Virus record (IMG/VR): IMGVR_UViG_3300044591_000410
Coordinates: 4,159-68,158 of that record
Length of the DNA stretch: 64,000 nt
Strand: one strand, 5' to 3'
Source of the DNA: a virus
In this document: positions 43,802 through 53,612 of the stretch, in pieces
How the letters are laid out: every line of letters starts with the position of its first letter
Numbering within the stretch: position 1 is the first letter of the stretch
Program-made: the position numbers and the translations under genes
Notes under the pieces: model-generated
What the model saw: the letters and a program-made list of their open reading frames with translations, nothing else
Told to the model about the DNA's origin: nothing
The model's database searches: none

Positions 43802-46282
43802 ATGCCAAAGATGTGGGACAGACTAACTAAAGAAGAGCAGGAAAGAAAAAAGAACCTGCAAGTTATTGCTGAAGAACATATGTTGGCTGTGTCTGAAAAT
43901 AAGTATTGGGAAGAATATGCTAGAGCACCCGACGAGGGTTATCCTGAACAGTCACTGCTTGATGTGTGTGTCATTCATCTTACGCCAATCTACCAGCAAT
44001 GGATAGATAATGTAGCAGAGAATCGTAAGACCCCGGAATGGGCTTACCCTTTGTTTGCTGTTGGTGCTGCTAAGATGGCAGACATTACTATAAGAGCTTT
44101 GATTCTTGAGTGGTTTAACTCGTCATTCTGGGATCGTAAGCATGAAGGGGATCTGTTCCCCATGCCTACGGCTCAGCATATTAGCCATGTTATTTCAGAC
44201 ATGGTTATTGATATTGTTTCGTATCAGCAGGCCAAGCAACAGTTCAAAGAAGACTGGCTAAAGCAGTCGCACTATCAAAAGAATTGGACTGTTAAACGCT
44301 GCAAGGCTTTTGCTGGTAAGATGAACACACTTACTAAGAAGCAGTTCAGTCGTAAACAACGGGAAGATTTTGGCCATCACATGCTGCGTATTGCAGAGAT
44401 GTCCGACATTGTTAAGATTTATAACCACCGTAAGTTTACTGGTAAGCGTTGGATTGAGCGGGTTCTTGTTGGGTTTACGGATAACATTCTTGCTGAACTC
44501 AATAAGAGACACAACGATATGGTAACTAAAGCAGCAATGCTTTATCGTCCCATGATTGTTCCTCCTGTTGAACACACGGAAACATCTAGTGGTGGTAACC
44601 TGTTGCCTTATATCCGTAAGCCTGTTGTTCAGCGGTTCAAGGATGTTATGTGGGATGAGAATGTAACTCAGAAGAATTCAACGCCTTCTCCTATGGTTAT
44701 TCGTGGGCTGAATGCATTGATGCATACTGAGTGGACAATCAACGACCGTGTTCTTGAGGTGATGGAAAACTTGTTTGTCTCTAATACAAGACAAGCCAAT
44801 CTCCCCGCTTATGACTTCTCTGCCTTTGACTTTGGAGAACCCTATCCAAACGAAGGCACTAAGGAAGAGCAGGCCAAGTGGTGTCAGCGCAAAGAAGAAT
44901 CCTACAGTAACTGGTTCAAAGAAGAACGAGCCAGAGGTCGCATGCTTGTTAGACTACAGCTTGCAAAGGATTTGAAGAAGAATGGTTTCTTCTATCATAT
45001 CTTTACCTGTGACTTTAGAGGACGGGCAAATGCTGCTTGTGATCTTCTATCGCCTCAGGCAAGTGACTTTGATAGAGGTCTTATCCAGTTTGCTGCGGCC
45101 CAACCGCAGTCAATCAAGGGCAAGTATTGGCTTAAGGTTCACCTTGCCAATCTCTTTGACCAAGATAAGGATACCTTTGATAACCGGGTCAAGTGGGTAG
45201 ATGATAACATGGAGATGTTTGAGGCTATCAATAATGACCCGTACGATACCCGTAGTCTTTGGTTGTCGGATAAGAAGAAAAAGAATCCTAGCTTCCAAAG
45301 ACTTGCTGCTATCTTCGACCTTTGCCGTAAGGATAGTATGACTCAGGTTCCTGTTCAAATGGATGGTACTTGTAACGGTATCCAACATTGGGCAGCACTT
45401 ATGAAAGATCCTGTTCTTGCCGAGATGGTTAATCTTATCAAGGTTGACAAGCCAAACGATTGCTACGGTTATGTGGCTGATCTTATGACCGACAGTATGA
45501 AGAAGACTGTTGAAGATGAGAACGCAGATGCCGATAGTAAACAGTGGGCTTCTACTTTCTTGGAACACTGGGGAGGTAAGATCTCCCGTGCTGTTCCCAA
45601 GAGAGCGGTTATGACCGATCCCTATGGTGTTACCTTTTATGGTATTCGCCGTTACTGCAAGACCGAAGGACATCTTGACTGGGTTCCTAAGGAAAAGATA
45701 GCGGGTGCTGTTATGGAACTTGCTACCTTTATTGACAAGGCTTTGAAAGATACCTTGGTCGAGGCAAACAAGGGTAAGGTGTGGCTAAAGAATGTAGCAG
45801 ACATATGCTCAGAACTTGGTCACAGCATGGAGTGGACTACCCCGTGTGGTTTCAAGGTTGTCCACCAGTATTACGAGATACTAACTAGACGATCAATAGC
45901 TAAGTTGTTCAATATGAAAGAGCTTCACTTTGGATCCCCTGATAAGGATACGATTGATAACAGCTCTGTTAACTTGGCTATCTCTCCTAATTATATTCAC
46001 TCATTGGATGCCAGTCATATGTGGTGTACTATCAATGCAATGCTAGACGCAGGCATTGACCAGTTCTCCATGATCCATGACTCGTATGGTTGCTCTGCTC
46101 CATATACTTCACTGATGCGTGAGTATACCAAAGAAGAGTTTATGATGATGCATCAGGACAACCTGCTGCTTAAGCTTAAGAAAGAAATAGAAGCTAAGCT
46201 TAAGATTGAATTGCCAGACTGTCCTATTACTAACAACCTAGATATTGGGTCAGTGCTTGAGGCTGATTACCTGTTTCAGTAA
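43802..46282 (+). CDS. T7-type DNA-dependent RNA polymerase (RNAP-2, canonical)
   Basis: PMIVPP, DFRGR, LSPQASD..RGL, DGTCNGIQH, R...KRAVMT.PYG, ISPNYIHSLDASH, IHDSY, C-terminal DYLFQ. Confidence 0.98.
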   Translation: MPKMWDRLTKEEQERKKNLQVIAEEHMLAVSENKYWEEYARAPDEGYPEQSLLDVCVIHLTPIYQQWIDNVAENRKTPEWAYPLFAVGAAKMADITIRALILEWFNSSFWDRKHEGDLFPMPTAQHISHVISDMVIDIVSYQQAKQQFKEDWLKQSHYQKNWTVKRCKAFAGKMNTLTKKQFSRKQREDFGHHMLRIAEMSDIVKIYNHRKFTGKRWIERVLVGFTDNILAELNKRHNDMVTKAAMLYRPMIVPPVEHTETSSGGNLLPYIRKPVVQRFKDVMWDENVTQKNSTPSPMVIRGLNALMHTEWTINDRVLEVMENLFVSNTRQANLPAYDFSAFDFGEPYPNEGTKEEQAKWCQRKEESYSNWFKEERARGRMLVRLQLAKDLKKNGFFYHIFTCDFRGRANAACDLLSPQASDFDRGLIQFAAAQPQSIKGKYWLKVHLANLFDQDKDTFDNRVKWVDDNMEMFEAINNDPYDTRSLWLSDKKKKNPSFQRLAAIFDLCRKDSMTQVPVQMDGTCNGIQHWAALMKDPVLAEMVNLIKVDKPNDCYGYVADLMTDSMKKTVEDENADADSKQWASTFLEHWGGKISRAVPKRAVMTDPYGVTFYGIRRYCKTEGHLDWVPKEKIAGAVMELATFIDKALKDTLVEANKGKVWLKNVADICSELGHSMEWTTPCGFKVVHQYYEILTRRSIAKLFNMKELHFGSPDKDTIDNSSVNLAISPNYIHSLDASHMWCTINAMLDAGIDQFSMIHDSYGCSAPYTSLMREYTKEEFMMMHQDNLLLKLKKEIEAKLKIELPDCPITNNLDIGSVLEADYLFQ

Positions 46283-46290
46283 GGAGGCCA

Positions 46291-46545
46291 ATGGCTAAAC
46301 GAAAGAAGATAGATCCAATAGCTATTAGATGTGAAGGTGATATTGAAGCAGCAGTTGAACTGTTCTGCCGCATGGCTACACAGCGCGGTAAGAAAGAACT
46401 TGCTTTGATGTTTCCTACAGAATATTTAAGTCAGATCTTTTTGAAGATTGCGTACAACGAATGGATGAAGCGTGGGTACGAAAAACAAAAAGACTTCATG
46501 CTAACACTAATGGTTGAAAAAGGAGATGACAATGAAGAAGCCTAG
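46291..46545 (+). CDS. Hypothetical protein
   Basis: AAGGAGG SD. Confidence 0.7.
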   Translation: MAKRKKIDPIAIRCEGDIEAAVELFCRMATQRGKKELALMFPTEYLSQIFLKIAYNEWMKRGYEKQKDFMLTLMVEKGDDNEEA

Positions 46546-46756
46546 CATTTTTAAGAAGGCCAAGCCAAGCAAGATTCTTAACGGTAAGGAATACAAGCTT
46601 AACCAAGGACGGAAGTTTAATGCTATTCAGGAAGCACACATTAAGGGTGAACTTGATGTACATGCTCCAATTGAAGAACTAGGAATGTCTATCGCCCAGC
46701 ATTGGCGAGAGGACTTTAGAAGGAGACTGCATGTCAAGAGTACTCGTAATCGGTGA
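46532..46756 (+). CDS. Hypothetical basic protein
   Basis: AAGGAG SD before ATG 46532. Confidence 0.6.
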   Translation: MKKPSIFKKAKPSKILNGKEYKLNQGRKFNAIQEAHIKGELDVHAPIEELGMSIAQHWREDFRRRLHVKSTRNR

Positions 46757-47390
46757 TACACATTTTCCAGCTGTACACCCCGGATATCTCGACTTTGTTA
46801 AAGGCGTTAAAAAGAAGTATCGTTGCGATACGATTATTCATATTGGTGATGTCATTGACCACCATACGATTTCCTTCCACAAGAAGCATCCCGATAACAC
46901 GGGTGCTGTGGAAGAGTACAATCAAACCGTGCAACATATAAAGGAATGGTACAAGTCTTTTCCCAAGATGAAGATCTGCATCGGCAACCATGACGATAGA
47001 GTGGCACGGCTTAACGCTGATGCTGGTATTCCATCGTTCTATATCAAGCCGTGGAATGACTTGTACAACACTCCTAAGTGGGAGTGGGACTCGGGCTATG
47101 TCATTGATGGTGTGTTCTATACCCACGGTACTGGGGCTAGTTCATCTTATCCTGCGTTCAACGCAGCTAAGTCTAGATCTACCTCGGTTGTAATGGGCCA
47201 CCACCACAGCGTGGCAGGAGTTCATTGGATTGTCGGCCCCAATACTGCATACTTTGGAATGGATGTAGGCTGCGGCGTAGACCGCCACCATATGTCCATG
47301 CAGTATGGAGCCAACTATATTAAGAAGCCCGTCATTTCTTGTGGTGTTGTAATTGACGGACATCCTTATCTGGAGCTTATGAATATATGA
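46731..47390 (+). CDS. Calcineurin-like metallophosphoesterase
   Basis: GDTH, GDVID, GNHD, THG and GHHH motifs. Confidence 0.9.
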   Translation: MSRVLVIGDTHFPAVHPGYLDFVKGVKKKYRCDTIIHIGDVIDHHTISFHKKHPDNTGAVEEYNQTVQHIKEWYKSFPKMKICIGNHDDRVARLNADAGIPSFYIKPWNDLYNTPKWEWDSGYVIDGVFYTHGTGASSSYPAFNAAKSRSTSVVMGHHHSVAGVHWIVGPNTAYFGMDVGCGVDRHHMSMQYGANYIKKPVISCGVVIDGHPYLELMNI

Positions 47391-47680
47391 TATTTGAAAA
47401 CTTTAGTATGTGTGGCTTTGGTTCTAAAAGAAGCCATATTAAATTCCAAGAATCAATGTTTAGAATTGTACACGAAGGTCTTGTGATTCGTGTATGGCGA
47501 GCTGAAAAAGAACTGAAAGACTTTTACAACTCCGAAGATATTGCTAGGGTTGTTAGTCGCTGTATTAATTACTCTAGTGTAGATATCATCAAAGCAATTT
47601 GCAAACTGCCCAATATCACCGCTGTTGAAGTACTTGACTCTGAGACAGCCAACGGTATTGTTTACTACAATGATTGGTAA
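47387..47680 (+). CDS. Hypothetical protein
   Basis: ATGA overlap. Confidence 0.6.
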   Translation: MIFENFSMCGFGSKRSHIKFQESMFRIVHEGLVIRVWRAEKELKDFYNSEDIARVVSRCINYSSVDIIKAICKLPNITAVEVLDSETANGIVYYNDW

Positions 47681-47690
47681 ATCTAGCCCT

Positions 47691-47709
47691 ATAGCTGGGG
47701 CTACTGATA
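47691..47709 (+). promoter_or_regulatory. Putative phage RNAP promoter
   Basis: ATAGCTGGGGCTACTGATA, intergenic, upstream of the SSB/replication block. Confidence 0.7.
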
Positions 47710-47736
47710 AGGTCAGTAAGAAAGGAGGAATCAATA

Positions 47737-47928
47737 ATGGAAACTGAAACAACCGCAACAGAGACAATGCAAATGCCAAAGCAGTCAATTGCTGCTGATA
47801 GCGTAATCGCCTATCTCAATGTCATTGCAACCGCTCTCAATCAAATTACTCTTGATCTGAATAACCAGATCGCTAACATCAACGCTGCTATTAACAAGGA
47901 GAATGATACTAATGAATCAGCCAGCTAA
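47737..47928 (+). CDS. Small coiled-coil hypothetical protein
   Basis: AAGGAGG SD. Confidence 0.65.
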   Translation: METETTATETMQMPKQSIAADSVIAYLNVIATALNQITLDLNNQIANINAAINKENDTNESAS

Positions 47929-48460
47929 ACTCAAGAAGCTCCCCCAGTTTGTTACTGAAACCCTTGAGTGCAAGTGGTCTAACCTACTCAAGCCGGATAC
48001 GGCGTTTGGTGAAGCTTCTGCCAATCACAACATCACTGTTGTTATGGATCAGAAACTAAAGGCTAAACTTCAGGATGTTTTGAAGAAGTCTGGAGCCAAG
48101 AAGATCAATGGAATCTACGAGAAGGAAGGCGTGACCTATCTTAAGACTAAGAGCCGTCTTCATGTCGAAGCGGGTAAGTTCCCGTGTGTAGATGCCAATG
48201 CTCAGGAAACTGACATCGTTGCCTTTGGTGGTGACAAGGTAAAGCTTAAGCTTGCTCCTGCTATCGTTGCTAGAGACAAGTCACTTAGCTTCTACCTTAA
48301 TGGTGTTCAGATTATTGAGCGCAATGAAAACAACAACTCAGTCGGTTCGTCTGGTTTTAGCGCAGTTGACGGTGGCTTTACTAGCCCCAAGGCTGCGGCT
48401 GCTACTAAGCCAGCCGCTGTAGTTGTTGAAGAAACTGAAGACGAAGAACTACCGTTCTAA
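47912..48460 (+). CDS. Single-stranded DNA-binding protein (T7 gp2.5-like)
   Basis: 'L.KPDT.F', 'LSFYLNGVQII', acidic C-terminal tail ending 'EETEDEELPF'. Confidence 0.85.
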   Translation: MNQPAKLKKLPQFVTETLECKWSNLLKPDTAFGEASANHNITVVMDQKLKAKLQDVLKKSGAKKINGIYEKEGVTYLKTKSRLHVEAGKFPCVDANAQETDIVAFGGDKVKLKLAPAIVARDKSLSFYLNGVQIIERNENNNSVGSSGFSAVDGGFTSPKAAAATKPAAVVVEETEDEELPF

Positions 48461-48473
48461 CTAGGAGGCAGCA

Positions 48474-48866
48474 ATGGAATGGAGATTCGATATATCTCCC
48501 GTTGCTGCTTCTAGACCCCGCGTTGGTAAGTGGGGTGCTTACTATACAGGGGCTTACAAAGACTTTAGAGAAAAAGCATCGGAGATAGTTTACTCAGTAA
48601 TCGGTACAGAAAGAGAACTGATAACTACTCCGATTGCTATTTCTTTAGAGTTATATGTCAAACGCCCCAAGTCAACCGAAAAGAAATATCCACGGGCAGA
48701 CATCGACAACTACACTAAAGCAGTGTTTGATGTTATGAACGGGAAGTTATGGGAAGACGATGAACAAATCATAGCTATGCATGTGACAAAAGAATGGGCT
48801 GAAAAAGGCTCTGAAGGTTACTTCATACTAGGAGTTAGTGAGCAACGGGACAAGAAAAAGAAGTAG
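48474..48866 (+). CDS. rusA: RusA-family Holliday junction resolvase
   Basis: 'P....RPRV', 'ADIDNYTKAVFD.MNG..WEDDEQI'. Confidence 0.9.
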   Translation: MEWRFDISPVAASRPRVGKWGAYYTGAYKDFREKASEIVYSVIGTERELITTPIAISLELYVKRPKSTEKKYPRADIDNYTKAVFDVMNGKLWEDDEQIIAMHVTKEWAEKGSEGYFILGVSEQRDKKKK

Positions 48867-48898
48867 ACTGGGGGGCTAGCAATAGCCCCTTAGTTATT
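48867..48898 (+). terminator. Hairpin with GCAA tetraloop (terminator-like)
   Basis: ACTGGGGGGCTA-GCAA-TAGCCCCTTAGT then TATT. Confidence 0.55.
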
Positions 48899-48910
48899 AA
48901 GGAGGCTTAG

Positions 48911-49552
48911 ATGTTTATAGAATATATTGAACACATGGGTGATGATGCTGCTGTTGCAGACGCAGCCCGTGTATCTTTTGGCAAGCGAGTTACTAAGTTT
49001 GAAGAGAAGGATGCTAAGCTAATCCAGTATCTTGCAAAGCATAATCACTGGTCACCCTTTGCCCACTGCTTTATCAAGTTCCGTGTAATGGCCCCCATCT
49101 TTGTTGCTCGTCAACTGATGAAGCATCAAGTGGGGTTTTCATGGAATGAAGTTTCTCGTCGTTACATCACAGATATGCCCAGCCTTTGGAACCCTATAGG
49201 CTTTCGTAAAGCGCCTGAAGGATCTATCAAGCAAGGATCTAGTAACGAATTTGTAAGTAACTCTTACGAGTTGCTTGTTGATTTTAATGCCGTTGCTAAA
49301 TCCTGTTTTTCTCTTTACAATAAAATGATTGCTGACGGTGTTTGCCCTGAGCAGGCTAGAGCCATTCTGCCACAGGGTACTATGACCGAGTGGATCTGGA
49401 CTGGTTCTCTGTATGCTTGGGCTAGGATGGCTACGCTGCGCCTCGATAGCCACTCTCAGGCTGAGACTCAGGAGATTGCTGAAGGTGTGGATCTAGTGGC
49501 TAGGCAATTGTTCCCGCATAGTTGGAAGGCACTGATGAAGTATGACGGATAA
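48911..49552 (+). CDS. thyX: Flavin-dependent thymidylate synthase
   Basis: AARVSF, HWSPF, PIFVARQLMKH, NEVSRRY, EQARAILP, LR.DSHSQ.E. Confidence 0.97.
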   Translation: MFIEYIEHMGDDAAVADAARVSFGKRVTKFEEKDAKLIQYLAKHNHWSPFAHCFIKFRVMAPIFVARQLMKHQVGFSWNEVSRRYITDMPSLWNPIGFRKAPEGSIKQGSSNEFVSNSYELLVDFNAVAKSCFSLYNKMIADGVCPEQARAILPQGTMTEWIWTGSLYAWARMATLRLDSHSQAETQEIAEGVDLVARQLFPHSWKALMKYDG

Positions 49553-49898
49553 ATGGGAACACTTGGCATTCAAGATTGCAGAAACAATTGACAGAGATAA
49601 AGCGCATGTGTCTTTGATTGTTAGAAAGAACCAGCTTGTTGCTATTGGTACTAACAATTGGAAGACCCACCCAAAGACAGTAGAGTATGGATATATGTAT
49701 CCTTACTTGCACTCTGAGTTGGATGCGTTCAGAAAGATAAAGACCCCGTTGGATAAACTGGTTCTGTTTAACTTCAGGATAAGTAAGACAGGTAAGCTTG
49801 GAATGTCCCGGCCCTGCAAGTTCTGTATGCCGTGGTGTTCTCAAGTGTTTGATCGTATTGTTTACTCAAATGAAAACGGAGAATATCAGTATGGCTAA
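49542..49898 (+). CDS. Zn-dependent cytidine/dCMP deaminase-like protein
   Basis: H(S)E and SRPCKFC motifs. Confidence 0.75.
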   Translation: MTDKWEHLAFKIAETIDRDKAHVSLIVRKNQLVAIGTNNWKTHPKTVEYGYMYPYLHSELDAFRKIKTPLDKLVLFNFRISKTGKLGMSRPCKFCMPWCSQVFDRIVYSNENGEYQYG

Positions 49899-50028
49899 GA
49901 AGAAAAGTATTACTCATGGTGCTGGCAAAGGCGATGCCTATAGACCAGTAGACATGAAGAAGTATCGTGAGAACTACGATAAGATCTTTGGCAAGAAAAA
50001 GAAGGGAACTAAGGGTGACAGTAAGTGA
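49891..50028 (+). CDS. Small conserved basic phage protein
   Basis: GGAG SD; 'GKGDAYRPVD..KY.ENYDKIF'. Confidence 0.65.
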   Translation: MAKKKSITHGAGKGDAYRPVDMKKYRENYDKIFGKKKKGTKGDSK

Positions 50029-50200
50029 ATTTGAAGCGCTTATATATGAGTACGCTGATATCAGTTTTAAGATCGGGCGCATGGAAACGGATGGTAACGC
50101 TACTCAAAAGGCTTACGATAAACTGACTGATAAACGCGACGAGATAAGAAGCACAATCATCCAACTATTCAAAGGAAAGCATGTCAACATTCATCGGTAA
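50015..50200 (+). CDS. Hypothetical protein
   Basis: GTG start overlapping the previous gene. Confidence 0.55.
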   Translation: MTVSEFEALIYEYADISFKIGRMETDGNATQKAYDKLTDKRDEIRSTIIQLFKGKHVNIHR

Positions 50201-51899
50201 ACATCCTTGCCCAAAGTGCAAGGCAAATGGTAACGATAAACATAATGATAACTTGGCAGAGTATGAAAAGAATTACTACTGCTTCAAGTGTCAACACTTT
50301 ATTCCCAAGGAAGGACACACTATGCAAGAAGAACCTATTGTTAAAAAAGATTGGAAGCCTATACTTGGGTCAGTTGTAGAGCTTGCTCATCGCCGTGTAG
50401 AAGAAAAAGCTTGTCGCATGTATGGCTATCAGACAGCTGTTATCAATGGTAAGACTGTAGAGATTGCTAACTATTACAGAGATGGGGTACTAGCAGGGCA
50501 GCATCTCCGTGGCCCTAACAAGCAGTTTGCTTGGAAGGGTGAAGCTAAGAATGTAGAACTGTTTGGTCAGCATCTGTGGAAGGGTAACAACAAGCGTCTT
50601 ATTATTACCGAGGGCGAGATTGACTGCATGACAGTTGCTCAACTTATGGGATATACTTGGGCCGTTGTCTCCCTGCCTAATGGCGCTGCTTCGGCAGTCA
50701 AGTCTATCAAAGACAACCTAGAGTTTGTTAACTCTTATAATGAAATCGTGCTATGCTTTGACATGGATGATCCCGGTCAGAAAGCAGCACTAGAGGTAGC
50801 TGAGATTCTACCGCCCGGTAAGTGCAAGATTGCTAAGCTTCCTTTCAAGGACGCTAACGAGTGTCTTGCCAACAACCAAGGCAAGGCTGTGGTGACTGCC
50901 CTATGGGAAGCACAGCCATATTCTCCCGATGAGATTCTTCATGTCTCTCAAATCATCAACACAATGGAAGAACTGGATGCCGTCAGGGTTTATCCTTTCC
51001 CATTCGATGCTTTGTCTGAGTATCTTATCGGCCAACGGTCGGGAGAGATTACACTGTGGGCCAGCGGTACTGGCTCAGGTAAGTCTACTATTCTTCGTGA
51101 ACTTATGATGCACCACTTGGACGAAGGCCGTTCTGTTGGTGCTATCATGTTGGAAGAATCCCCGCAAGAAACAATGGATGATATGATCTCGTTGATTATT
51201 AACAAGCCAGTACGAGCTATCCGTGCATCTCGCATGATGAACGAACTCCGTGTTAAGCTTGGTAAAAATCCCATACATATGAGTATCATTGACAACCTAT
51301 CAGACACAGAGTATGGTCAGGCAAAGGAACATCTCGGTAAGACAAGTTTCTATATTTACGACCATCTCGGTAACAACGCCATGTCCAATCTACTTGCTAG
51401 AATGGAATACATGGCAGTGTCTCTTAAGGTAGATGTCATTGTCCTAGACCATATCACTGCTGCGGCAGCGGGTCTTATGGGCATGTCAGACAAGGATGTT
51501 GATGGTGGTAATTCGGAGCGAATCATTATCGACAACCTTATGAAAGAACTCAGAGCATTGGCTGTCCGAACAGGTGTACACATTGACATTGTGTCACAGC
51601 TCAAGAAGACAGACAAAGCTTATGAGGAGGGTGATCGTATTACGCTACAAGATCTGCGTGGTTCAGGCGCACTTGCTAGCGTACCTAATACAGTTGTAGC
51701 TTTGGAACGCGATAGGCAAAACAGTGATGACCGTATTGCCAATACCACTATGGTTCGTGTTCTCAAGAATAGACTGACTGGTAGAGCAGGTGTTGCGACC
51801 GCGCTCTATTACGATCACAATACAGGTAGACTCACCGAGATTGGGTTTGCCACTAACGATGACGGTGAAGTAGTGTTTGAACCAACCACGGAGGTATGA
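50181..51899 (+). CDS. DNA primase/helicase (T7 gp4-like)
   Basis: Zn finger CPKC..CFKC, TOPRIM 'EGEID' and 'FDMD..G', Walker A 'SGTGSGKST', 'LDHI', 'DLRGSG', 'KNR.TG'. Confidence 0.97.
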   Translation: MSTFIGKHPCPKCKANGNDKHNDNLAEYEKNYYCFKCQHFIPKEGHTMQEEPIVKKDWKPILGSVVELAHRRVEEKACRMYGYQTAVINGKTVEIANYYRDGVLAGQHLRGPNKQFAWKGEAKNVELFGQHLWKGNNKRLIITEGEIDCMTVAQLMGYTWAVVSLPNGAASAVKSIKDNLEFVNSYNEIVLCFDMDDPGQKAALEVAEILPPGKCKIAKLPFKDANECLANNQGKAVVTALWEAQPYSPDEILHVSQIINTMEELDAVRVYPFPFDALSEYLIGQRSGEITLWASGTGSGKSTILRELMMHHLDEGRSVGAIMLEESPQETMDDMISLIINKPVRAIRASRMMNELRVKLGKNPIHMSIIDNLSDTEYGQAKEHLGKTSFYIYDHLGNNAMSNLLARMEYMAVSLKVDVIVLDHITAAAAGLMGMSDKDVDGGNSERIIIDNLMKELRALAVRTGVHIDIVSQLKKTDKAYEEGDRITLQDLRGSGALASVPNTVVALERDRQNSDDRIANTTMVRVLKNRLTGRAGVATALYYDHNTGRLTEIGFATNDDGEVVFEPTTEV

Positions 51900-51900
51900 T

Positions 51901-53607
51901 ATGATTAGACTAGTGATTGATATTGAAGCAGACGGCTTGGGAGAAGTTACTCTTACAAACAAGGGGCCAACCAAGGAAGTCTCAACTATCTGGTGCGCTG
52001 TCGTTATGAACGCAGACACTCAGGAAGTCAAGACATTCACTCAGTCTAACATGCACACACTGGTTGATTATCTAAACACTGCTGATCTAATCATCGGCCA
52101 TAACATTCTATCCTTTGATATCCCCGTAATCAGAAGACTTCTTGGCAACCTTAAGCGACCAAAGCATGGGTTCTTCGATACACTAGTGGTATCTAGGATA
52201 ATGTATCCAGACCGTAATAACCACCCCTTAGGCGGCAACTCTCTAGAGTGCTGGGGAAAGTATCTAGGCAATCACAAGATTGACTATACTGGAGGCTGGT
52301 CTGAGTTTTCAGATGAGATGCTTGAGTATTGTATTCAAGATGTAAAACTTGGCTGCAATATCTTCCGGCATCAATCTAAGTTTGCCAAAGAGAATCTAAA
52401 GGTATTCCAGTTTGAACACATGGTATCCGAGATTCTTGCACAGCAAACCGAGCGAGGTTTTGGTTACGATATTGTCAATGGGGAAAAACTATATGTCTCT
52501 CTACTACAGGAGAAAGCTGAGCTGGAGGATAGGATGAGGGCTATATTCCCCGACAAGATTCATTACCGCAAGTCTGAGAAGACAGGTAAGGATCTCAAAC
52601 CAAAGATCGAAACCTTCAACCCCGGTTCTCGTAAGCAGATTGCAGAGCGTCTATCAGAAAAGTATGGATGGGTTCCACCCGAAACTGACAAGGGTAATCC
52701 CAAGGTAGACGAGTCTGTGCTAGCTGCTCTAGATTATCCAGAAGCAAAAGAACTGGTCAAGTACTTTGATCTAGTCAAGCTTATGGGTATGGTAGAAGAT
52801 TGGAACAGCAGGGCATCAAGTTCCCGTGACAGTAACATTCACGGTTATGTAAATGCTCAGGGTGCAGCTACAGGTAGATGCACCCACAGCGAACCCAACA
52901 TTGCACAGGTGAGTGGCGACCACCGTGCCAGAGAACTGTGGATTCCATACGAAGGCTATGTACAGCTAGGTTCTGACCTATCTGGTCTTGAACTCCGAAT
53001 GCTTGCACACTTCATGCACAAGTATGACAATGGCAAATATGCCGATGTTCTCCTTAACGGTGACATTCATACTTATAATCAGAAGGCAGCAGGCATTGAG
53101 TCAAGAGCACTTGCTAAGTCTTTTATCTATGCATATCTCTATGGAGCGGGTGATAAAAAGATTTCTCTAGTACTTAATTGCAGCGTGAATCAGGCCGCTA
53201 GGCTACGGGACAAGTTCCAAAAGGAGATTCCTGCGCTTGCCAAAGTACAAGAGGAAGTGAGATATCATGCACTAAAGCACAACGCAGTCATCTTGCCCGA
53301 TGGTCGCAAGGTTCCAGTTAGGTCAGAACATGCTGCGCTCAATACGCTACTACAGGGTAGTGGCGCTATCGTAAGCAAGTACTGGATGGTTCTTGCTAAT
53401 CACAAACTGAACAAGCTTTACCCCGGTAAGGCCCATCAGATGGCTTATGTACACGACGAACTACAGTATGCAGTTTGTCCTACAGAAGCCGACAACATTG
53501 GTAAGCTAGTCACATCCTGCGCCACAGACGCAGGGGAACGGCTGGCTATTAATATACCTATCGCAGCTGAGTATAAGATCGGTAAGAACTGGTCTGAGAC
53601 TCACTGA
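51901..53607 (+). CDS. Family A DNA polymerase (T7 gp5-like, Tyr762 type)
   Basis: Exo I 'DIEAD', 'GHNI..FD', 'YC.QDV'; 'DLSGLELR', 'AKSFIYAYLYGAG', 'VHDE'. Confidence 0.97.
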   Translation: MIRLVIDIEADGLGEVTLTNKGPTKEVSTIWCAVVMNADTQEVKTFTQSNMHTLVDYLNTADLIIGHNILSFDIPVIRRLLGNLKRPKHGFFDTLVVSRIMYPDRNNHPLGGNSLECWGKYLGNHKIDYTGGWSEFSDEMLEYCIQDVKLGCNIFRHQSKFAKENLKVFQFEHMVSEILAQQTERGFGYDIVNGEKLYVSLLQEKAELEDRMRAIFPDKIHYRKSEKTGKDLKPKIETFNPGSRKQIAERLSEKYGWVPPETDKGNPKVDESVLAALDYPEAKELVKYFDLVKLMGMVEDWNSRASSSRDSNIHGYVNAQGAATGRCTHSEPNIAQVSGDHRARELWIPYEGYVQLGSDLSGLELRMLAHFMHKYDNGKYADVLLNGDIHTYNQKAAGIESRALAKSFIYAYLYGAGDKKISLVLNCSVNQAARLRDKFQKEIPALAKVQEEVRYHALKHNAVILPDGRKVPVRSEHAALNTLLQGSGAIVSKYWMVLANHKLNKLYPGKAHQMAYVHDELQYAVCPTEADNIGKLVTSCATDAGERLAINIPIAAEYKIGKNWSETH

Positions 53608-53612
53608 GGTAT

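Noticed and set aside
35524-46282. RNAP-1 and RNAP-2 as two halves of a split enzyme
   Set aside because: Each ORF independently contains the DxxGR, A, B and C motifs
48861-48885. Further copies of the 19-bp promoter at GGGGCTA words (about 48872, 12243, 12330, 63882)
   Set aside because: Only the core matches, and each is explained as one arm of a hairpin stem
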